A stretch of DNA of 64,000 bases from Candidatus Poribacteria bacterium (lineage in GTDB: Bacteria; Poribacteria; WGA-4E; WGA-3G). The stretch is taken from the NCBI GenBank assembly GCA_965209095.1, contig OZ242381.1, positions 4,126,630 to 4,190,629 on the forward strand, read 5' to 3'. Numbering within the stretch: position 1 is the first letter of the stretch; every line of letters starts with the position of its first letter. A program made the position numbers and the translations under genes. Shown piece by piece: positions 29,159 to 37,239 of the stretch. The notes beneath the pieces were generated by a model that was not told the origin of the DNA, made no database searches, and saw only the letters and a list, made by a program, of their open reading frames with translations.

Positions 29159-30778
29159 TTGATGATTTATAAAAACATGTTTATTTCCATATTATCTGTT
29201 GTGCTTATTGTGGGTTTTGTTATTTCAGTGCATGGGCACGGAGACGGTTCTACGCTATTAGAAGATGTCAATAACGATGGAACAGTCAACATACAAGACC
29301 TTGTGTTGGTGGCAAATTCGTTTGGACAACCAGGTGATCGGACTTCTGCAACAAATCCTGATGTTAATCGAGATGGTTTTGTTGATATTCTTGACCTTGT
29401 TCGTGTGGCAAACCGATTTGGTGAGACTGAACAGGGAGATAATTCGGCATATCATGACATTCAGGATCACATTTTTGACAAAAGTTGTGCAAATAGTGCA
29501 TGTCATGCACCGCCAACAAATTCTGCAGATTTAAACCTAACTTATGGACAGTCATATCAGGATTTGGTGAACCGGATCCCTCGTAATTCTGCAGCGGCAG
29601 CGGCGGGTATGAAACTCATTGATCCTGACAACCCTGACAACAGTTTCTTATTGACAAAGTTAATGAATATAGAAAATCAAGAGTTTGGGTCGCGCATGCC
29701 ATTTCAGATGGGGCAACTCCATAATGGCAAAATAGAAGCACTTCGAACATGGATTTCAGCTGGTGCACCACAAGAGGGTAAATTGGCAGGTATTGGTGAC
29801 TTAGGTGTCCTTCGTGATCCAGAGGAAAAATTCAATCCACCTAAACCGCCTGCTCCAGGAGAAGGGTATCAACTCTATTTACCACCCTTCAAAATTGAAC
29901 CTGGTACTGAACGAGAAGTCTACTTTGCAACGCAAATCTTGGATGACAACGGTGAACCTATAGAAGAAGACATTTTCATCAATAGAGTTGAGATTTTCTA
30001 TCCATCGGGTAGCCATCACTTCATCATATATCGACTCACAGAAGAAGGGCTTGCAAATGGCATTCTGGATAGAGGGGTAGATACGACAATTGGTGTTGAT
30101 CCAACACACGAATTCAGAGAACTTGATCCGGATGATCCACAAGTTTTGGGTAATTTCGGTATTGATAGGTTGTTTGTAGTAGGAACACAAACCGATGACA
30201 CAACCTTTGCATTTCCTGATAATGTCGCTCTCCGATTACCGGGAAATACGGTCTTTGACCTGAATTCTCACTATATCAACCTACTTGGTGATGAAACGTT
30301 GATCGGTGAAACTTATGTCAATATCTATACTATCCCTGAAGAAGATGTAAAATACGAAGCAATAGAGATATTTGTTTCCAATCGAGCAATCAACGTGCCT
30401 CCCAATACTACACGTGTCGCAAAATTAACTTGGTATGTTGAAGATGAGTTAGAACGTCGAGGACATGATCCTGACACGGAATTGCATGTATTTCTACTTA
30501 CATCACACATGCATAGACACGGTGAATTGTTTGAGATTTTTCAAGACTCAACAGGTGAGTTATTACACCGTAGTATAGCTTATGACGATGCCCCAATTAC
30601 ACTATTTCCCTCACCGATAATTTTAAGTGTGGACGACGGTATAAGTTTCCAATGCACCCATAACAATTACGATATAGATGGACCGCTTCAATTCGGACTT
30701 ACCTCCGAAGATGAGATGTGTATTATCTTCGGTTATTATTTCATTCCAATAGAAAAGGCTGGAGAAACAATCAAATAG
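29159..30778 (+). CDS. Secreted protein combining a dockerin repeat pair, a PSCyt1-like (planctomycete cytochrome-c-like) domain and a PHM/DBH-like copper type II monooxygenase domain.
   Basis: Signal peptide present. Dockerin repeats DVNNDGTVNIQDLVLVANSFG and DVNRDGFVDILDLVRVANRFG. The PSCyt1-like segment reads CANSACH...LNL...L..G...LIDPDNPDNSFLLTKL....RMP.....L....IEALRTWISAGA. The C-terminal 300 aa carries an HH pair at residues 286-287, H-x-F-x4-H-M-H-x2-G at 443-455 and Met520 in DEMC about 70 aa later. Confidence 0.6.
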   Translation: MMIYKNMFISILSVVLIVGFVISVHGHGDGSTLLEDVNNDGTVNIQDLVLVANSFGQPGDRTSATNPDVNRDGFVDILDLVRVANRFGETEQGDNSAYHDIQDHIFDKSCANSACHAPPTNSADLNLTYGQSYQDLVNRIPRNSAAAAAGMKLIDPDNPDNSFLLTKLMNIENQEFGSRMPFQMGQLHNGKIEALRTWISAGAPQEGKLAGIGDLGVLRDPEEKFNPPKPPAPGEGYQLYLPPFKIEPGTEREVYFATQILDDNGEPIEEDIFINRVEIFYPSGSHHFIIYRLTEEGLANGILDRGVDTTIGVDPTHEFRELDPDDPQVLGNFGIDRLFVVGTQTDDTTFAFPDNVALRLPGNTVFDLNSHYINLLGDETLIGETYVNIYTIPEEDVKYEAIEIFVSNRAINVPPNTTRVAKLTWYVEDELERRGHDPDTELHVFLLTSHMHRHGELFEIFQDSTGELLHRSIAYDDAPITLFPSPIILSVDDGISFQCTHNNYDIDGPLQFGLTSEDEMCIIFGYYFIPIEKAGETIK

Positions 30779-30818
30779 AGTCTTTTAATTGGATTCAGTA
30801 AATTCAATTACCTACCTA

Positions 30819-30854
30819 CGATTCCTGTGCCTACTTATATAGGCACGGGAATCG
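30819..30854 (+). terminator. Intergenic stem-loop with a 14-bp stem (CGATTCCTGTGCCT-acttatat-AGGCACGGGAATCG) between the monooxygenase-like gene and the Hcy-methyltransferase gene.
   Basis: Inverted repeat with one G-U position. The downstream tract TATTACGTC is only weakly U-rich, so its function as a terminator is uncertain. Confidence 0.3.
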
Positions 30855-30885
30855 TATTACGTCATCATACACAGTTGCAATAAGC

Positions 30886-32763
30886 ATGCCTATAGATTCC
30901 AAATCAAACAACTTCTTGAATGCCTTGTCGAACCGAGTGCTGGTTTGTGATGGTGCCATTGGAACAGAACTTCGGAAACGGATCAAGGCATTACTTCCTT
31001 GCGTGGATGCTTGTAATATCATTGAAGAATATGCAGATGAAGTAGTCAAGATTCATACTGCTTATGTGAATGCGGGTGCTGATGTAATTCAAACCAACAC
31101 ATATCAAGCGAATAGGGAAGCATTGTCTATACATGGATTTGGTGATAAAGTAGATGAGATTAACCGTGTTGGTGTTAGATTAGCGCGACGTGCTGCAGGA
31201 AACCAACGGTTTGTCGCAGGTTCGGTTGGTGAAATATCCTTCAACATTGACAATGCTACAGACGCAGATATTGAACCATCCACCAAAAGAATTAGAACGC
31301 TATTTCAAGAACAGATGGATGCACTTGTAGATGAAGGTATTGATCTGTTAATATTAGAGACCTTTGTATCACAGAAACAAGCGGAGATTGCCACGAAGCA
31401 GGCACTAACTTACGATGTACCCGTTATAGTTGAAATAAGTGGTATTTCTGGTGGTACAGTTGGATCAGGATTAGATGTTAGAGTGTTTGCTCAGGAACTG
31501 GAACAATTAGGTGCACATGTAGTCGGTATCAATTGCAGAGGCCCCCACGACCTCGTTCAAGCGATGGAACTTCTTGCACCTGTGATCAGTGTGCCACTTG
31601 TTGTGCAACCCAATGCAGGAAATCCAAGAGTAGAACAGGGAGAAATAACCGTTTCTTACACCGTAGATTCAGATGTGTTTACGGACTATGTTCAAAAACT
31701 GATAAAGCTTGGTGCAAATATGATTGGTGGGTGTTGCGGTACGACACCTGAATATATCGCGAAGATTCAGGCAGCAGTTGGACAACAAAAACCGATAAAA
31801 CGAGTTCCGCGTATCTTTGTTCTACCCAAGAGTTCACCGTCTATTAAGACGCGCACAGACAATCCAGTTCAGCAAGTATTTGAGACTCGTCAACGCATTG
31901 TTAGTGTGGAAGCACGAGCAAATACTTTCCCACAACTACGTGCATTGTTGAAAGAAGCAAAGGTATTGGCGGCAATGGGGGTTGATCTCTTTGATGTAAC
32001 AGACAATTCTGGTGCGGCAGTCAACATAGGTGCGATCGGCACAGCATTTCGTCTACAACAAGCAACACACATTCCAACACTCATCCATTGGACAACGCGA
32101 TCTCGAAACCTCATCAGCATGCAATCACATCTGTTGGAAGCAGAGGCGTTGGGAATACGGGGGATTGTGGCACTGTCGGGTGATCATCCGAAGGCAGGAC
32201 CTTTTGAATCTGCAAGTCTTGTTCCTGATGTGCGTGGTGCAGTTCAATTGATGAAACTCATCTCCAGACTCAATCAAGGTGAACTTGCTGACGGTTCGTC
32301 AATTGGAGATCCGTGTGGGTTTTACATTGGCGGGGGTTTTACGATTGCTGAGAATCTTGATCCACATCTCAAGCATCTACGGAATAAGGTTGCGGCAGGT
32401 GCAAAATTTGCTTATACACAACCTGTGTGGACATTTGAGGACATCGTACGATCTCAGAAAGCAACAGAGGATATCGGAATAAAGATACTATATGGGATCT
32501 TACCATTAACAAGTTTCCGAAGTGCATCCTACCTACGCGATAATTTAGGTTTGTATATTCCTCAATTAATTGTGGACAAGTTCCGTGATCTTGGGGATAC
32601 TGCTGGAAACGAACTCGGTATGAAATTGACACTTGACCTTGTTCGTGAAATCCGAAATCAGGATACAGTCGCTATTGATGGTATCTATCTAATCCCGCCT
32701 GCCCGATTAAACTGGAGAAACAGACGTGGTGTCATCTCAGAAATCGTAAAAGTCTACCGTTAG
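30886..32763 (+). CDS. Bifunctional homocysteine S-methyltransferase / 5,10-methylenetetrahydrofolate reductase (YitJ-like fusion).
   Basis: N-terminal Hcy-binding domain blocks (VLVCDGAIGTEL, DVIQTNTYQAN) and the zinc-ligand region GGCCGTTPEYI. The C-terminal 300 aa resemble MetF/MTHFR (FDVTDNSGA, LSGDHP). 625 aa, comparable to B. subtilis YitJ. Confidence 0.8.
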   Translation: MPIDSKSNNFLNALSNRVLVCDGAIGTELRKRIKALLPCVDACNIIEEYADEVVKIHTAYVNAGADVIQTNTYQANREALSIHGFGDKVDEINRVGVRLARRAAGNQRFVAGSVGEISFNIDNATDADIEPSTKRIRTLFQEQMDALVDEGIDLLILETFVSQKQAEIATKQALTYDVPVIVEISGISGGTVGSGLDVRVFAQELEQLGAHVVGINCRGPHDLVQAMELLAPVISVPLVVQPNAGNPRVEQGEITVSYTVDSDVFTDYVQKLIKLGANMIGGCCGTTPEYIAKIQAAVGQQKPIKRVPRIFVLPKSSPSIKTRTDNPVQQVFETRQRIVSVEARANTFPQLRALLKEAKVLAAMGVDLFDVTDNSGAAVNIGAIGTAFRLQQATHIPTLIHWTTRSRNLISMQSHLLEAEALGIRGIVALSGDHPKAGPFESASLVPDVRGAVQLMKLISRLNQGELADGSSIGDPCGFYIGGGFTIAENLDPHLKHLRNKVAAGAKFAYTQPVWTFEDIVRSQKATEDIGIKILYGILPLTSFRSASYLRDNLGLYIPQLIVDKFRDLGDTAGNELGMKLTLDLVREIRNQDTVAIDGIYLIPPARLNWRNRRGVISEIVKVYR

Positions 32764-32773
32764 CACCTTTTCA

Positions 32774-34702
32774 ATGTCAACACATGGTCATCAAACCTCA
32801 ACGAAGCATATCACAGGACGTTCACTTCTCTTAGGTGTCCTTCTCATACCAATCAATGTTTACTGGATGACAATCGTTGAGGTGAAATACTACTCTCTTG
32901 ACGGATCATGCCTTCCACTGTTTATTCAGCCTGTCTTTATCATGTTTGTGTGTGCTGTTGCCAATGTCTCGTTGAAACGTATAGCACCACAATATATGCT
33001 GCGTCAAGGTGAGTTATTGACTGTCTATATTATGGTGGCAATTTCCTGCACATTTGCTGGACACGACGCTATGCAGAATATGTTTGGCAGTATTGCTCAT
33101 CCATTCCGTTTTGCAACGGAAGAGAATGAATGGCAGACACTGTTTTTTCGGTATCTTCCATCTTGGCTTACCGTGTCAGATCCTCTGAGTCTACAAGGAT
33201 TTTATGAAGGTGATGCCAGTTTCTATACCAGCCATAATTTTTCTGTGTGGTTAAAACCGTTATTATATTGGGGACTCTTTTTTCTTACGATGATGTTTAT
33301 GATGCTATGCATCAACACACTTGTCCGCAAACGGTGGGCAGAACAGGAGAAATTGGCTTATCCGATCATACAACTTCCATTGCATTTATCAGAAGCAGGT
33401 GGCATTAGTCTGTTGAAGAATAGAATGATGTGGATAGGATTTACGATAGCAGTGATTATTGGTGTCATAAACGGGATCAATTATCTGTTTCCACAGTTTC
33501 CACTGATCCCGTATATCAAGCGGACAGCAGTTTTTCAAGACATCTTCACAGAACGACCGTGGAGTGCGATACGAGGGACTCGTATCTCCATATATCCGTT
33601 TGCTGTTGGGTTGGCATTTTTTCTACCACTGGATCTATCATTTTCGTGTTGGTTTTTCTTTGTTGTACGGTTAGCAGAATTTGTGGTTGCGGCTGCACTT
33701 GGCACCCGATATTTTCCTGCCTTAAATGAACAGGCTTACGGAGCTTGGGTTGCGCTATTCGTTCTTGCAGTGTGGGTAACTCGTAGTCATTTGAAAGGTG
33801 TATTGAAAAAGGCACTGTGGTTCAGTTCTGATATAGATGACTCAAATGAACCGATGTCATATCGTGCTGCGATGTTAGGTATTATCGGATCGCTTATTGC
33901 ACTTGGCATCTTTGCCAATATTGCAGGAATGGCTTTATGGATTGCAGGTATATTCTTCGGTGTATATTTTCTTCTATCATTTGCGATCACTCGTGTTCGC
34001 GCTGAACTCGGCACCCCACATGAAATCTATTATGTCAACCCACACGATATGTTGGCTACTGTAGGTGGAACGCGTCAGTTTGATACAAGCAGTCTTACAA
34101 TCATGTCACTGTTTTATTGGTTCAATCGAGGCTATCGTAATCACCCTATGCCGAATCAGATTGAAGCATTTAAGTTGGCAGAGTCAACTGGGATGGGGAA
34201 CCGTCGGTTGTGGGTTGCGATGCTCATTGCGATTGTGGTTGGTATTATAGCAACTTTTTGGGCGAATCTTGACATTACATTCCGTAATGGGGCAGTAGCA
34301 AAGGCAGGTGGATTCAAGGGATGGGTCGGTAGAGAGTCATTTGGTAGACTTCAACGTTGGTTACATAATCCATCTGAACCGAATGTTGTTGGTATTGGGT
34401 TTATGGGGATTGGTGCGTTATTGACATTTGTTATGATGTATATGCGGATGCATTTCTTGTGGTGGCCATTCCATCCTGCTGGTTATGCACTTGCGATTAG
34501 TTTTGCGATGGATTATTTCTGGTTTGCGTTCTTTGTCGCATGGTTCTTGAAGTTATTGATATTACGTCATGGGGGGCTGAAGTTACATCGTAAAGTTGCA
34601 CCTCTATTCTTAGGTTTGATTTTGGGCGATTATGTTATTGGTAGTGTTTGGGCTATTATAGGACCTGCAACAGGGTTGCGGACTTACAAGATATTCATCT
34701 AA
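32774..34702 (+). CDS. Polytopic membrane protein of unknown family. Paralog of 140..2083, lying 11 bp downstream of the Hcy-methyltransferase/MTHFR gene.
   Basis: 642 aa with about 14 TM segments. Shares many conserved blocks with the 140..2083 protein. Confidence 0.75.
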   Translation: MSTHGHQTSTKHITGRSLLLGVLLIPINVYWMTIVEVKYYSLDGSCLPLFIQPVFIMFVCAVANVSLKRIAPQYMLRQGELLTVYIMVAISCTFAGHDAMQNMFGSIAHPFRFATEENEWQTLFFRYLPSWLTVSDPLSLQGFYEGDASFYTSHNFSVWLKPLLYWGLFFLTMMFMMLCINTLVRKRWAEQEKLAYPIIQLPLHLSEAGGISLLKNRMMWIGFTIAVIIGVINGINYLFPQFPLIPYIKRTAVFQDIFTERPWSAIRGTRISIYPFAVGLAFFLPLDLSFSCWFFFVVRLAEFVVAAALGTRYFPALNEQAYGAWVALFVLAVWVTRSHLKGVLKKALWFSSDIDDSNEPMSYRAAMLGIIGSLIALGIFANIAGMALWIAGIFFGVYFLLSFAITRVRAELGTPHEIYYVNPHDMLATVGGTRQFDTSSLTIMSLFYWFNRGYRNHPMPNQIEAFKLAESTGMGNRRLWVAMLIAIVVGIIATFWANLDITFRNGAVAKAGGFKGWVGRESFGRLQRWLHNPSEPNVVGIGFMGIGALLTFVMMYMRMHFLWWPFHPAGYALAISFAMDYFWFAFFVAWFLKLLILRHGGLKLHRKVAPLFLGLILGDYVIGSVWAIIGPATGLRTYKIFI

Positions 34703-36954
34703 TCTGGTCGTGTTTTAATTTTCATTTGCAGTTCACCTGTTTCAACATTCCATTTATGAAACCATCTTGTATCAATATCAGTACTTATTAGACTTTCACC
34801 ACTTGGTAAGAACTCATAAGCATCTATCGGTCCTCCAACCGCTTCAATAGTAGCTTTGAGTTTTCCCGTATTTAAATCCCATACGTGAAGTAAAACAGGA
34901 TCTCCTTTGCTAATTAAAGTATTCCCATCTGGAGACATAATGATCTGCGAGTGACTATATCCGTTCTTCTCAAGTATTGAACGGAGTGTGCCAGTATCTG
35001 TTTCCCATAACCGAATAGTTTTGTCAAGACTGCCGCTAACCAAAGTTTTTCCATTTTTTGTAAATTCAAGGTAATGGATCCAAGATGTATGTCCTTCAAG
35101 AGTCGCACTTTGTTTAGTATCAAGATTATATAACCATATTGTGTCATCCGAACTTGCACTTGCAAGCTTATTTCCATTTTCTGTAAACCTTATGAGATTG
35201 ATCTTGCCTGTATGTCCTTCATAAGTTGCTATTGGTTGTGCGTTTTGCACCGATGATATGTCCCAAAGCAGAATCTTGTTATCATGACATGCACTTGCAA
35301 GTAATTTTCCATTGGAAGATAATTCCATTGTATGAACACCTGCGGTGTGTTCTTTGAGTGTTACCTTATGTTCACCTGTTTTCGTGTCCCACAGACGTAT
35401 TGTGCTGTCACGGCTTGCACTGAACAGCGTTTTGCCATCTGGTGAAAATGCAAGGTCATCAATCCAAGACGTATGTCCATTGAGTGTTGTCTTGAGTTTT
35501 CCATTTCTTGTGTTCCATAGTCGAATCTGACTGTTATTCCAACCGTTTCCTGTAGCGATCGTTTTGGCATCAGGAGATAGTGCAACAGAATATATTTGTG
35601 CGAATTCGTCTTTAATTGTCACTCTGTGTTTACCAGAATCTGCATTCCATAGAGCGATGTCGTTGTTACTTATACTAACAAAGGTTTTTCCATCCTTGGC
35701 AAAAAAAGTAGATTTAACAGGAGACTGATAGTAGACTGGTGTTTCATGGACTTCACTGAGTTTCGTTCCTTTACGTGGAATTTTCCCGATATTAGTATTA
35801 CCTGATAGTATTTTATTTAGAGGCGGTTGCAGGAAGACAATCACGTATTGCCATCCAGCAAAGGAATCTTCAACGATATAGGTTACAGTGCTGACATCTG
35901 GTGAAAATTTAATTGGAGCACTATTCCGAATCCGATCATCCGAGATCGTTCTCTTATGCTTTCCAGTTTTTACATCCCATATACGTATACTATTCCAATG
36001 TGTATCACTCATACTTGCTAACATATTCCCGTCGGGTGAAAAATCTAAAGTAGTAACTCCCGCAACAAATATATAAGGTTTTGAAAGTGTTTTTATGTGT
36101 TGTGCCTTACTTACATCCCACAGCAAAATTTCTTGGTAACTGCCACCAGCAAGAATGTTACCGTCAGGTGAAAAAGCGAGAGATTCAACACTGCCTCTAT
36201 GTCCGGTTAGAGAGTTTAGTCTTTTTCCTGTGTTTGGATTCCATAAGATTATTTCCTGAAAACCCGCACTTGCAAGGACCTTTCCATCTGGAGAAAATTC
36301 GGCATCATAAACTTCGTCTGTATGTCCTTCCAGAGTATGTTTTAGATTACCTGTGTTAATATCCCACAACGCAATTCTCTGAATTCCGGTTAATGCGATA
36401 GTATTACCGTCTGGTGAAAACGCGGTCAAATTGCTCGCAGATACTTTGATAGACTTTAGTAAATGACCTGTTTGGACATCCCAAACCCTTATCATATCAT
36501 CAGATCCTTCACTCGCGATTTTTTTACTGTCAGGAGAAAATAGAATGGAGTAAGTTACATCTGTTGGTTCAAATATTGATAGTATTTCTTCACCATTGAT
36601 TGGATTCCATAATTGAATTTCATCATTTCGGTTATTCACACTTGCTAATATATTTCCATCATGAGAAAACTCAACCATATCGTACCATCCACCATAGGGA
36701 TGTGTATCGTCTTTGATGGTTAACTTTTTTTCATAAGTGTGTGCGTCAAATAACCATATTTCATCTGTAGCTGCTATAGCAAATCGGTTTCCATCTGGAG
36801 AATACTCGAAATCCTTTATTGCAGAAGATTCCATGATACTTAGAGCATCAACTGTTATAGGAAGATGCATAATGACATAGAAGAATGAACATATTGAGAT
36901 TATGAAAACAAGATATGAGTTTAGAATGTATTGGTTGAATTTAATGCCTTTCAT
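34699..36954 (-). CDS. WD40-repeat beta-propeller protein with an N-terminal TM/signal anchor (751 aa).
   Basis: Many WD units of the type FSPDG..LAS.S.D..I.LWD. An N-terminal hydrophobic helix is present. The stop overlaps the stop of the convergent membrane gene. Confidence 0.8.
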   Translation of the reverse strand: MKGIKFNQYILNSYLVFIISICSFFYVIMHLPITVDALSIMESSAIKDFEYSPDGNRFAIAATDEIWLFDAHTYEKKLTIKDDTHPYGGWYDMVEFSHDGNILASVNNRNDEIQLWNPINGEEILSIFEPTDVTYSILFSPDSKKIASEGSDDMIRVWDVQTGHLLKSIKVSASNLTAFSPDGNTIALTGIQRIALWDINTGNLKHTLEGHTDEVYDAEFSPDGKVLASAGFQEIILWNPNTGKRLNSLTGHRGSVESLAFSPDGNILAGGSYQEILLWDVSKAQHIKTLSKPYIFVAGVTTLDFSPDGNMLASMSDTHWNSIRIWDVKTGKHKRTISDDRIRNSAPIKFSPDVSTVTYIVEDSFAGWQYVIVFLQPPLNKILSGNTNIGKIPRKGTKLSEVHETPVYYQSPVKSTFFAKDGKTFVSISNNDIALWNADSGKHRVTIKDEFAQIYSVALSPDAKTIATGNGWNNSQIRLWNTRNGKLKTTLNGHTSWIDDLAFSPDGKTLFSASRDSTIRLWDTKTGEHKVTLKEHTAGVHTMELSSNGKLLASACHDNKILLWDISSVQNAQPIATYEGHTGKINLIRFTENGNKLASASSDDTIWLYNLDTKQSATLEGHTSWIHYLEFTKNGKTLVSGSLDKTIRLWETDTGTLRSILEKNGYSHSQIIMSPDGNTLISKGDPVLLHVWDLNTGKLKATIEAVGGPIDAYEFLPSGESLISTDIDTRWFHKWNVETGELQMKIKTRPD

Positions 36955-37076
36955 TTTATATCTCCGTGAGTGATATGTTTTTCATAGTAGATCTGTTCTA
37001 TAAAAACGTGAGACCAGTGTATTTGTCGTAGGTTAGGTTAAGGCACGAAACCTAATATTCCTTACTGAATATTGTT

Positions 37077-37237
37077 CGGGGTTAGAAACCCCTCCTACAA
37101 GAGAGTATCAATCGGGGTTAGAAACCCCTCCAACAAGAGTATCAATCGGGGTTAGAAACCCCTCCAACAAGAGTATCAATCGGGGTTAGAAACCCCTCCA
37201 ACAAGAGTATCAATCGGGGTTAGAAACCCCTCCAATA
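37077..37237. repeat. Tandem array of about 4.7 copies of a 34-bp unit (CGGGGTTAGAAACCCCTCCAACAAGAGTATCAAT). Each unit contains the palindrome GGGGTTagaAACCCC.
   Basis: Units start at 37077 (36 bp), 37113, 37147, 37181 and 37215 (partial). Copies are near-identical with no unique spacers. The array abuts the stop codon of the 711-aa WD40 gene and lies upstream of the 751-aa WD40 gene. Confidence 0.85.
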
Positions 37238-37239
37238 GG

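Noticed and set aside
30831-31049. 72-aa minus-strand ORF overlapping the start of the Hcy-methyltransferase gene
   Set aside because: It is antisense to a strongly supported gene and covers the intergenic hairpin. It is spurious.
37077-37237. Possible CRISPR array (regular 34-bp palindromic repeats)
   Set aside because: The units are directly adjacent and near-identical with no unique spacers, and no cas genes are nearby. This is a plain tandem repeat, not CRISPR.
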